DNA of 63,351 nucleotides, counting the filler, from Perkinsus chesapeaki ATCC PRA-425 (Eukaryota > Protista > Perkinsozoa), in assembly GCA_013115145.1 (NCBI GenBank). It is 5 parts of 5 records of this genome, joined end to end, with 100 filler letters (N's around TTAATTAATTAA, not from the genome) between each part and the next. Parts side by side here need not be neighbours in the genome. Positions count along the whole stretch, not along the records: positions 32,511 to 56,848 come from JAAPAO010000545.1; 4 more parts are not named here. One strand, written 5' to 3'. The notes under the pieces were generated by a model. The model ran no database searches. It worked only from the letters and a program-made list of their open reading frames with translations, and was not told the DNA's origin. The translations under genes and the position numbers were made by a program. Below, one piece after another: positions 43,065 through 54,539 of the stretch; within the stretch, counting starts at the first letter, position 1, and every line of letters begins with the position of its first letter.

Positions 43065-46000
43065 ATGAAGCACTCACCTGTGGAAATGATAGACCGCCAA
43101 TGCTTTCTACTTTTCTGTGATTCACCTAGTATTGCTATATTATAAATATCGATAATAGTCAAGGAGATCTTCCTTCAAGTAGGTTCCCAAGATCTTGGTG
43201 TGCGGGTTGCCAAGATCGGGAAAGTCTTCAATCGTTCGCGTTGTGTTCGGTAAGACTTCACCACATGAGACCGCCTACTTGGAGCCCACGACAATCCCTG
43301 AAGTGAGGCGTAAGAATATATCCCTTATATTGAATTCTGTCTGAGCCGTTCTTTCTCTAGATGTTGCAAATCATTTGGTTCACGTTAAGATCGTCGATGT
43401 GCCCTCCTCCTACCAACTAGACAGAGAGTCTGAGGAGGAGCCGACCGAACAGGACAAGATCTGGTTCGGTCGGACTGTAGCAATCGTCTTTGTTATTGGT
43501 AAGCTGCGGGAACCAAGGAAAGCTTTCTGTAACGGAAGTTCACGTGAAGTGGTATTTGTATAGTAGCCGGGCAATGTGTGCTGACTGTTGTTTGAATTCC
43601 TCTATAACCGTGATGAATCTGGACCGATATGTTCAGCTCGAAATATCTTTCCATGTAGCGACCCGTTGTTTGCTATTGGTAGCGTTGGTATAATTTCTTA
43701 TTAGAGATATCGGAATTTCCTCTAGCACTTGAAATAGGATATTATACTCCAAGCCGAGTCGATGAATATTGGTCGTCTAATTTCATCAACATATAAAGGC
43801 GTATAAGTGATAATTATGTTCAGATGTAGAACTTAAGAGGGTCTTTCCTGGGCAGCTTGAAGCGTGCATTGTTGAGATTTTTAGATTCCTTAGAGGACAA
43901 CTGGCATCAATCCCTCCTATATGCCCGTAGAGTAGTTCGCCGAGCTATTAGGGTGAACCCCAACATAGTCTTCCAAGTAAGAGCATATACCAGATAATTT
44001 CCGCCTTTGTTTTGATCGCTCTGACAAAAGCTCAGCGAGTTCGCTTGGCTGGGAAATCCCCAAGACACGACGTGTTTCAGCCACGTGTTTGACCGACATT
44101 CGCTCACTTGATAAATTTTCCCAATGAATCGACGACGTTCATGCTATTCACACAACCGATATTATCTGGCGCGCGAGAAATTATGAAAAATTGAAATATG
44201 AAATTATGAATTATGAAAGAAGTGAAAACTGAGCAATGAAAAAGTGACTTGTTTTGCTTCAGGTTTTCTATCACAAGATTGACAGCAATTATAGATTTGA
44301 TGGCTCATATGGCGGTAAGAACTCTGAACTCCGACAAATTTGCATCTTCGAACGACAACGATTCCCTAATGAAGGAAGGAAATGAAGTCACTAATGACTG
44401 GCGGCGCAGTCGGGTGCTTTGATCGAATCATCTTGCTCGAGAATTAGCCTTATTTAGTATTCTTCAGTTTTGCGAAATGCGTGCGCGCAGCAAGGGAACT
44501 AGTTTGTCATAGTTCTTGTCTGTAAGTATTATTATAGAGACTCTTTGACGAGTCGGAATTTGACTCCGATAGACGACGACGATTCTGTGATGATTTCCGC
44601 GCGACGGAATATATTCCTTGAATCTCAGGTGATGGAATGAACGCACTTCATGGCGAGGAGATATCAGATGCGTATGTGAAGGAGTTGCAGGCGTCACTCG
44701 GTGCGTCACTGCGCCACGAAATTGCCACCAGCCCCTTTCAGATGAAGAGCTGTATCGAAATGGATGCCGTGTCGCTATTACTTGGCATTGCACTAGCATC
44801 TACGATCACTCAGTAAGATACTCCTGGGCGTTGCGCACCCGAAAGAATTGTGAATATCTATATGGTTGAAATGGGTCAGAAATCAAAGTGTTCATGCATT
44901 CCCTCGAATTTAATCTGAGAGAGTACACGACCACTTCGGGTCGTGGCTCGTGAGACTGTTCTATAATACTCGCCATTCTGATTTGTTGTCAATAAACTAA
45001 CGACTTTCTGACTCGTTTGTAAATACCTTTTCCAGGAAGCATTTCTGAAACTTTTTTGTCGTCGGGAAGATACTGCGCACAGCGGAGATTTTTTTCGTTC
45101 CTCAGGTATTCGACTGCTTCTCGAGACTTCTTCAGCAGCTATCTGTGGTGCACCCTCACGGGCAATGTGTGGAACAACTTTTGGACTCATTGGTGTCGAA
45201 CTGCAGGATGGAAAGAGCGTATCTTTTCGATATCGTATCTAAGGTGAGCTCTGTATTTAATATCTATTTTTCTTAGTAATTATTCTTAATTGTTTATCTT
45301 TAATTTTCTATATGTTTGAAATTTAATCATCTAGAAATACCGTGACATAATAACTATCCAATATAATAGGACTAGTTGACAATTCCGAGTTCTCCCAGAA
45401 GTTTCGATTCCCCCCTGGTGGTTCATGGTGCACGCATGTGCCCCGTGGTGGAAGGTATTGAAGACTGAGAGCATATAGAACTCTCTCGAGTTAAAGCATG
45501 CCCTCCCACTAACACCCGCACGGGGAAACGCACACACTGAGAATACTCCGGTTAATCGTCACACCTGTGCGGTGGGTCAGTTTCCCGTTTCCCGTTGAGG
45601 CGTCTCTCTCATAGGTTTATTTGGCGAGTGACTCTGGATTTGGTGGTGGTGATTCGGTCTTGTCGTACGAGCTTATGTCGGACATGTTGGACGTTATTAT
45701 TGACACTAGCTGCATATATGGAATTGGTGGGCCGAGCGGAAAAAGTAAGGGAAAATACTCAAGTTTTCCGGAAATCTCTGCAAACTTTCTGGAAATTTTC
45801 GCGAAATTTTCCCTAATATATGTCATTTCTCAGATGACCACAAGACAGCGAATCCACGGGATGCGGCTGCGGTTCAACAAGGTGGGAGGAGGTGGCGGGT
45901 TCGAAATATTCGATCTTTTCGGGAGCAGGTGCCGGGCCTGCGTCACTCGCCATAAATTCGGCGAGCTCGTGCACTATATCACTGAGCAACGGCCTCGTGC

Positions 46001-46263
46001 TGTATATGCGGGAGGTAAGAAGCGCATAGGAATTCTGATACCGACTTTTTCGCTGATCATGGAAGGTTGATACGTTCCTGGCTCTAGTGTGCCAAATAAA
46101 AGAGGAATATTTCGACAGGACCTTCCTGGTCGATCATAACATCAACAAGTTCAGGGAAAGCCTTGCTCAGGTATGTGCTTTTATAAAAAGCGCGCGCTAT
46201 ATTGATCGATTGTGCCAGGTGCTCGGCACTGCTCCAGCTACGAGAAAGATAAAGGAGAAGTAA
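43065..46263 (+). CDS. RRAGC: Rag GTPase of the RagC/D (Gtr2) family; start uncertain
   Basis: KILVCGLPRSGKSSIVRVVFGKTSPHET, VFYHKID, AYLFDIVSK|VYLASD, SYELMSDMLDVIIDTSCIYG, LVDHNINKFRESL. Confidence 0.88.
45882..45928 (+). pseudogene. 47-nt RagC intron with a degenerate T-arm/B-box
   Basis: gaggtg gcggg TTCGAAA; the 3' stem is lost. Confidence 0.45.
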
Positions 46264-46756
46264 TAATATGAGAAAGTGATTATTATTAGCGACGGTTTCA
46301 AAAATTAAGTTGTCGCGTTGGCAAAAGTGGCTCCATTGGCGGTTCTCGGGTTGTTCTAAGAATCGCGATCACGACTGTTCGATCTTCGCATTTTGTTCGG
46401 GCTTTAGGTAAGTTGACATGTGATATCATCGCTCGGACACCATCTCTTGTGAGTCTCTGCCAGAGGTATCGGAAGCTCTTCAGACATGTATAATCCTGAG
46501 GTTGCCTTCTTCAGAGAGGGCTTCGGGGAAGCTGTTTACCAACCGAGATTGAAACTGCTTCTTTATTGGCAGCAAGCGTCAACAAATCCGCTGGTTGTCC
46601 CGTCATTTTTCGATCGGCCGTCGTACCGCTCGATTAATATTTTGAACGAGTTATTCGGTCACGGCCGATGTGCTTTAGTCGGTAAAGGCGTTTCCTGCAG
46701 CTCGTCTCAACACTGTTACTGTGTAGTAATTGTCCCAATTAGCATTGTTTGCTGTG

Positions 46757-49700
46757 ATGTCATTCCTGGTGGACAGTGAGCGTCCTCATAAGCTAGACGA
46801 TCTCACATTTCATCCCAGCCTTACCAAAACGCTGAAGAAACTGGTGAGGGTTCGACGCCAAATGTTACATTTCGAGTTGGATTGTTCAGTCTTTGTAGTT
46901 TCTGCAGGGCGACGGAGAGGTTTTGAGATTCGCCCGATTTTCCCAGCAGTTCCGACTATCCCGAAATTGCAGTTTTTACACCCCTCCCTGTGAAGACGAT
47001 TTCCCATCTTTAATTCGGAAGCACGGCTCTGTTCCTCGTCGTAATTATTGCATTATGCGTTGACAGAATGCAAGAGACCAAGATACCACATCTCGAAGCA
47101 TGTTGATGTTTCTCAGGCAAGGTCAAATGACTGCCCTCATCTCCTTTTCTACGGTCCCAGTGGGGCTGGTAAAATGACTCGGTAAGTACCCCCCAAATTC
47201 TTCATAGCGCGCAAAGATACTTCTTCAGGATACAATGCTTGCTGGAAGAGATGTTCGGCCCTGGCGTGGAGAAGGTGTGACTTGATTCTCCGCCATCGTG
47301 AGTATCTTTATTCCAGACCACTACGAGCTTTCGACAGTTCAAGCCGACACCCAGCACCACCGTGGATCTGCAGGTGAGGGAACTTCACTGATGCTTTTGG
47401 AAACAGCGCTAAAACGCTAATGTTATAATCAGTTCCTGAAAACTTTTCCATATTTTCTCGGTGGTTTTCAATCTACTTTTCACTTTTTAGTGTTTCAAGC
47501 AACGTTCGTTTTTTCAAGCATTTTTCGTTTATTCATAATCTAGATTCATGAGTTGGAGAAACGGGGGTGCCGCGGCTGGAGATAACTCCTTAGAGGACGA
47601 CGGAGCCGAGGCTGCGGCTGATTTTCCCGGAGAGACGAGAGAGTCTCTCCAGTCTCTACCAGGGACGGACCGTCTCTGGTAACCAGACACTACCTTACTG
47701 TGTCCTGAGGTCATACGCATTATCACCTCTATCAACTCAACATATCTTAATGACGATGCTATAAGTTAATATCAACAGTGTAATACAATTATGCCGATGC
47801 TCTAATAAGGAGCGTCTGTCCAGACGTGAAGCTCGGATCGTCACATCCAATCGGTCATGGAGATCTGAAGGCGTGCCAACGCTCACTCACATATGAGTAG
47901 TGACTCACGAGGGATTAGAGATGATCCTAAGAAGAGTGATACCTGTAGCACCGGACCGATGCTAAAGGTACCATTTTGACCGGGTCAAAAGGTTTTGTTT
48001 AAACCTTATAACTCATCTGGATATAAGAGTCGAGCTGGTCATAAGTTTGAAGGAACCTATGTTGTTGGAGAACAAGTTAATCCTGTAGTGTATCGTATAC
48101 GAGGAGGACGGAACAGTGGTCTCTATGCTATGTAACTGGTACCTTCACAATGGATCGAGGATCAAAGCCGGGTGCTACAACCTTTCGGGCCGCGGACTTC
48201 TTTCTCTGCCTCGCAAGGTGGGGATTCTCCGCCTGCATTCTAAAGAAGATGACGCCCGTGGACGCGTTGATCTACTTGGCTAGAGTCTCCGAACTGGGCC
48301 ACTATACTGGTGTATAGAAAGTCAGCCAATGAGGATATATTCACCGCCAAGCTATACTGGTGTATCCTAGATGCAATCGGCCGATGCTGAGTTTCGCGCT
48401 GAGACGTCTGTCGGCAGTCTTAACGATGCCTAGAGGAAAGCAGTTGGTATTCTTCAACGAAAATTTCCCAAAGACGAGTTATCTCCATCGTCTGTGTCAT
48501 CAGAAATGATGTATATTGCGTGATCAGCATGCAGCGCTGAGCCATCACAGAAATCACGCTCCTTGGTCAGCTTGGCCGACTCGGCCACCATGGACTGTAT
48601 AGGGGCGCAGCGCTCCCGTAATTCGTTGATAAGCGACGGGACGACGAAGGCGGGATCCTCACAGCGAATCCCTTTCGTCCCCGTTATGTGACCTAGAAAA
48701 AGAGCCCTACTGCATTATTCGTTACCTGTATTTTCCTAATTCGAGCGAAAACCCTCCAGAAGCAATGTTTCACTTTTTATCGAACGAGCAGGCTGCTGTC
48801 GCGGTCGTCCCTCGGAGGAAATTCAGAGTGGTATCGAGGGTTCATCTAGCCTAATGGAGATGTGCTCTTAGAGAGTTTCAAAGTGTTCCGTAGAACCTCT
48901 GGAACGCTTTTGCACTCCGGCGGAGATTTCATCGAAAATATGGTGTTTATGGAAATATCGGAAACATAGTGTACACTTCTACATTGAAAATCCTTCTCTT
49001 GTGAAATATATCATGCCACGTGAGCTCTAATTGTAGGTAGTCGTGAGTGCCTTCCATGTTGAAGTAACACCGAGTGATGTCGGTATCAGAGACGCTGCGG
49101 TTATACAGCAGGTGAAAAATGACCAATGCCGGGATCGAACCAGGGACCTTTCGATTGTCAGTTGATAAAGCAGATGGCGGAGAACCCGCCGGTTGGCGAA
49201 GTGCCGTTTCATGTTGTTGTTATCAATGATGCACATTGTCTCACACGGCAAGCTCAAGCAGCGCTGAGACGAACTATGGAAAAGTGAGATTATGAACTTT
49301 TGTGTAGTTGAAAGTACAAGTTGCTCGGACGCGGACAGCAATCTCGGGTTGTACTGTACAACCCGAGATTGCTGTCCGTGGAATTGTAATCCTTCTCAAT
49401 GAGATTGTGGTTCCCATCCGCGAAAGTCATTTCTCTGCTCGCCAAATTGGAAAAAGAATCTTGAGAAGTATAGAGTGCGATCGCGTGTTTGAGGGAGGCG
49501 CTCATGATTGAATGTTTGACGTCCGCCTGTGAAATTTGGGGAAATGGCAAGTCTACATCGCCGCTCACATGGTGTACGCTCCTCCATACCACTCTCAAGA
49601 GTCGCATTTTCTGGGCGAATCATTTTCTGCTCTGATGTGGCAGCTGGAACCTAGCGAAGTTTTCGGAATCACATCATCCCTCCGTCGCCAACCAGTGCGT

Positions 49701-51847
49701 CTATCTGAATGCGCGTCAGATACGTCTCAAAAATCCGCTTCATATTCCACGCTGAGGCTCTTTCGCCGTTGATACCTCCACTGAGGAGTCGATGTCTTGG
49801 AGTGAGAGTGCCGAGGCCAACTCCGGAAGAAGTAGGAGAATTCATTTTTAGCGGAGCGGCGCGAGCTGACTTTATTAGTTACAAAGAGACCTGATGAGAA
49901 TATCGCGGCGGAAGTGTTTGGGTCTAAATGAAAGACTGTGTGCAAGAATAGGTAAGAATCTTGAGGAATGTATCTTGCCTTATTTTGCCCGGAAAACTTC
50001 GTGCGAGGCTCACACTGGTTTGGGTTGAATGGCTCGTATTTTATTGCATTGTATCTTCACTAGTGGATTGCAGTAGAAGTCGGAGATTTTGATTTTTACT
50101 CTTTCGATAGTTACGCATTTTTCATCAAACTCCTTTCTATTATATCCCCTTGCATTATATCCCGTATGTCGGATGGGATCTCAGCCGCTAGATTCCCGAT
50201 CTGCATCGGATGAACTGGCGTATCCATCTCAGTCGAGGAAAGTTGTTGCGATTCGCGCCTGGCATTGATCCAACTGGACGTCATTCAGCGGAAGCAGATC
50301 GACCTGGGCAACCCTAACGCAGCGCTGAGTCGCCAGAGCTGGAAGGTGAGAAAAAATCGAATATCGAAAAGTCACTGCGCCACGAAACTAACTAGTGGAA
50401 TCGAGTCGATAATGGCCGAAAAAAACTCGATTCGACGATACCGTCGTGATAGGCATCTTTGCCGACAGAATCTCTGCGAAACAAACTCTTTGGAAGGGGT
50501 TTATTTGCACTAGTAGCTGACATTAAAAACAGCTTCTAGGATGGTCCCGCATTAGGAACTCCTTCTATCATGGTCCTGCATTAGGAACTCCTTCTATCAT
50601 GGTCCCGCATTAGGAACTCCTTCTATCATGGTCCCGCATTAGGAACTCCTTCTATCATGGTCCTGCATTAGGAACTCCTTCTATCATGGTCCCGCATTAG
50701 GAACTCCTTCTATCATGGTCCCGCATTAGGAACTCCTTCTGGCCTACGATTTCGTTTCTCTCAGGCGTTCATCGGGGACATTGCGAAGGATATCTTGACC
50801 GAACAGAGCCCCAAGAGAATGCTGGTGAGGAAGGTTCCCACCATTCGAGAGTGCCTTGAATTTTTAGGCGGTCCGTGCGAAGTTGTATACTCTCCTGACG
50901 CAATGGATCGATCCAAGAGATATCTTCTACGAGCTAGTCATGTGTCTTGGACATCGTTTGGGTGCAAAGGAGGATACGATGGGAAGATTGACTCAGCTTG
51001 CGGCTAGGTAAGTGACACTCAGGTGTAGTCGCTTTGAATTGGCACTAGTGCACTGTCTGACCGGTGCCTAGCCCAGGCATGGTACTAGTCCATAGAAAAA
51101 AATTGTTAGTGGTAGCCTTTCGCTTGGTTCAGTACTCGACAAGGATAGAAATCCCCGGATGAAACCGAAAGCCGAGAAAAACGGCATATTAACAAAATTG
51201 GAGTCGCTGTTTTCTAGTGGTTCGTCGTCCTCAATGTGGGATGGATGTCACGGAGCTACCTAGTCCCACGGGAGGATTCTCAACGCGAAGGAGAAGATAT
51301 TATGTAAATTTTTATGGGAAATATTTTCACTCGAGCAAAAGGAAACATGAAGCACATCCATCCTTGTGGGTGACCTGGCATCAGATTGTGTAACTGTATG
51401 ACCTTTTATATCATCTTGTATCGGGGGAGCTTCGGGCTTGTAGAGGAAGGTCATTTTGAGAATGCTTTTTAAGAGTGGGACAGGCGGGACAAGCCTCTCG
51501 AGAGCGCTAGTCTGGGCTAGATTGTCGGCCCACTGCTTGGTCTTCATCCGAGCAGTTGTTGAGTGAACTTGAGTTTTGTAAGGCAGTGGCTCAGAGGATC
51601 CAGTTGGAGCAACCGTCCAGTTGGTCCTTGGCTTCGTCCCAGTTGGGAGGGCGTCATCGGGTTGGAATGCATTAGAGTTTCTTTCTGTTTCCATGGTACC
51701 AGGAATATCACTATGGAAAAGTAACTCACTTACAGTTATACTCTGTTTGTCAGGTATGAAGGGCGGCGTGCCAAGAGTGGTAAGGCGATAATGCAGTTGG
51801 AGTCCTTCGTTGCCAACACGATGATACTCATTGCTAATTCCAGATGA
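46757..51847 (+). CDS. RFC3: Replication factor C subunit (human RFC3 / yeast Rfc5 type), multi-exon
   Basis: RPHKLDDL, HLLFYGPSGAGK, HVEVTPSDVG, QAQAALRRTMEK, PLRSRCLGVRVPRP, EQSPKRML, QLESFVA. Confidence 0.92.
47968..48135 (+). mobile_element. Ty3/Gypsy integrase C-terminal (GPY/F module) remnant inside an RFC3 intron
   Basis: PF*PGQKVLFKPY...HKFEGTYVVGEQVNPVVYRI, with an in-frame stop. Confidence 0.65.
49112..49161 (-). pseudogene. 50-nt RFC3 intron equal to the reverse complement of tRNA positions 32-73 plus terminator
   Basis: Antisense reads CTGACAA tcgaa aggtc cctgg TTCGATC ccggc attggtc a TTTTT cac. Confidence 0.85.
50541..50740. repeat. 29-bp tandem repeat, about 7 copies, in an RFC3 intron
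   Basis: atggtcccgcattaggaactccttctatc units. Confidence 0.97.
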
Positions 51848-52001
51848 TGGCATCTTTTTTGCACGACATTGAGTGTTTCTGTTGAGTTACGGGCATTTCT
51901 ATACACTTCCTGTATAAGAGAGGATTATATAGTCGCTATATTATAGTGTATATATATTCTTAATGAAGTAAGCTGTAGGCTTGAGGGAACAAATCAAGAT
52001 T

Positions 52002-52031
52002 GGGGGCTCGAATCCCACGGATGTCGTTTTT
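52002..52031 (+). pseudogene. Leu/Ser-type tRNA 3'-end remnant with terminator, between RFC3 and the PCIF1-like gene
   Basis: ggggg cTCGAAT cccac ggatgtc g TTTTT. Confidence 0.65.
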
Positions 52032-52233
52032 CGGCAAACTTGTTTTTTCCTCTAAATTTCAAGACCTGGTCGACGAGAGCTGTTTTTACTTCAGGGAAGC
52101 CAAAGTGGCTGGCTCGCACCTGATGACCTAAGGCGGTCGTACGATTATTTTTTGGAAGTTCCACTCGAAACGACAATCAATTTTTACTACTGTTCGCATC
52201 CCTTTTCAATCAGTATTTTCTATCTACATTGCT

Positions 52234-54512
52234 ATGAGTGACTGTGATTCGATTGAGGACCTTGCTGCCAGTTTAGATGATTACATTTGTCAAGTAAGAA
52301 TATCATACAGGTTAGAACTGCGGAAGCCGGGCCGATCAACCTGTCACGAAGCTCGGGACCTTCGTGGAGATCAAGGCTCGTCTTCCGACCGCCTTCAGCC
52401 TCTTATGATCGTCTCTTATTCTCCAACGCTTCTCCAACACAGTAATATTTTTCTGTGTTGGAGAACTGTTCGCTTCAGAGCCGCAAAAAACGGTCTTAGG
52501 ATCGTCTGCATTTATGGGGTAGTGAGTCTCAATTTTTCTAAAGTATCTGCAAGCCACCCTCGGCTCTTCTTGGACTAACTACAGAGGACATGCAAGGGAA
52601 CTAGTGATGTACATGATTGGGTACCAAAAACCCGAGCGGTTCGAAGATTAAAGGAGTCCATGCATGACGCTCAGGGGGGGGCGATATAAAAAAAGCAATT
52701 GTAGCGTAACAGTATGAGCAGGGGCCATAGGCCAGAGTAAGACCGTTTCACCGGCCAGGGCGGGCGCGTCCTTCGGTGTCTCGCAAATATACTTACCGAA
52801 CCGTAATGAAGATGAACACCACGATGACATAGGTACATGTACGTCACAATGTTGACGGGGACGCATTGCTATGAATTTTGTTCGTCCTGGTGATGTTTGC
52901 TCCAGCTCTCCATCTTCAGTACGCGGCGATAACGTCCACGCTGCTTCGCGTGCGGAAGACCATCCTCGGCTCTGTACGGTTATCTCGGAAATGCCCGAGT
53001 CATGTGAGAAGGCGAAAGTTTTACCAGAAGTACGAATTCCATAATTGCTATGGCCGCTTTTATATTGCCGTGATTAATGGGAGAATACCGTTTAAAAAGG
53101 TAGGTGGGAGGGATCGAACCAGGGACCTTTCGATTGCGCGCTCCGGTTAGGTGCTGGACAAGCTGCGGGCTGAGGTTCGAGAAAAGCACCTCGAATGTGG
53201 GATACTTGACAGTTTTGAGGGAGCAGAGGACGTCGAAGAATTTGCTGAAAAGTGAGAGTAGACGTGGCGGGGGATTGAACCAGCGACCTTCAGGTGTGGA
53301 GTCGAGCCGCTTACCAAAGATACTGTGGACGTTGACGCTGCAGTTGATGACATTATCGAGCAGCCAACGAAGGACTTGGCAAATATCAAATTCGTTCACA
53401 AAGTAAGCTACCAAACTCTAGCGGATTTGGCGAACTTTTCGTCCCAGTCCGACCCAGAGTATCTGTCGCTGGAGATGACCAAAGAGCGGTATGAGGAGAT
53501 GATTTCCTTCGCACGAACATTCGCGATTGAGCGACTGGATAAGGACGAAGCAGAATCTGCGTCACTCGCCACGAAATTATTCAAGCTCTGCATTGCTTGT
53601 TACATAACAGCATCATCTCCCCTTTATTGGGGCTTCGGCCCGAAGGTGAGGGTATGTAGGAGCCTAGCTTCGCTCCGCCTCTTTTTGTGACATGTTTACC
53701 ATTTTTGAGACCATCACCACACTAGAGTATTGGCGTGCTCGGCACTCCGGAAATTTCCTTTTAATTTTCTCGAAATTTTTTGTCTGGATTTTTCCAGAAA
53801 TTTTTGTATGGGATTTCAACAAGTTTTGAGGAGACCTTTTTCAGGTCTACCAGTTCGTAGCGGAGAATCTCAACGCTCGGCTCGAAGGCTACGCAAGCCC
53901 GTTTAACCACACATTAGTGACATACTGCAGTCCATTCTGTCTGGACATGGTCAGCTCGCAGATCGGTATCCATCACCGAAAATCATTGTGTAGGTTTTCG
54001 GCTCTCTGGGAAGTGTTTATGGCCCCGCGGTCACCCGTGAAGTCCGAAGATTGGTCGAAGAGCTCCGGCCAGATGAGCGAGTGATGCTCGTGTTGAATCC
54101 GCCCTATCTGGAGTCGGAACTGGTTAATTGTGCGGACCGTGTCTCCGAGTTGGTCTCGATCGATGAGCGCATCCGAGTGATGAGCATTGTGCCACAGTGG
54201 GACGACGCTCCTGGCATACAAACGTTACGGGGCGAAGATGGTCGGCTTAAGGGATTCCTGGCGGAGGACCGATTATTAGGGAAATATGATCATTATTATT
54301 GGGACTATCAGGTAGCTTTTTGGTGCTTTAAAAGTGGGAGTTATATTCTACTACTTGTACTCCTTAAAAATAGTTCCCAGTACGCGCCCTCGTTCCTTGT
54401 CAGATTTGGCTCGTCGCGTCGTTTTACTTCACTGATTGTTAAATATTAAATATTTCTCATTATTTTTCGATAGTCCGTCCAGCTGGAGTGGACGCTAACT
54501 GCGTTACGTTAA
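52234..54512 (+). CDS. PCIF1/CAPAM-like adenosine N6-methyltransferase, multi-exon
   Basis: LEGYASPFNH...YCSPF..D|VFGSLGS...LVLNPPY...SIVPQW matches the PCIF1 pattern FASPLN-YCSAF-FGSRG-NPPF-FIPEW. Confidence 0.75.
53100..53150 (-). pseudogene. 51-nt intron with an antisense tRNA 3'-half remnant
   Basis: Antisense reads caa tcgaa aggtc cctgg TTCGATC cct; the 27-nt core is identical to 49131-49157. Confidence 0.8.
53252..53293 (-). pseudogene. 42-nt intron composed of an antisense tRNA 3' remnant
   Basis: Antisense reads ctga aggtc gctgg TTCAATC ccccg ccacgtc t. Confidence 0.75.
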
Positions 54513-54539
54513 AAAAACTGAGACTTGTAAATTTGCGTA

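Noticed and set aside
50541-50740. 29-bp repeat array considered as a possible CRISPR
   Set aside because: The units are head-to-tail with no spacers, inside a eukaryotic intron; it is a minisatellite.
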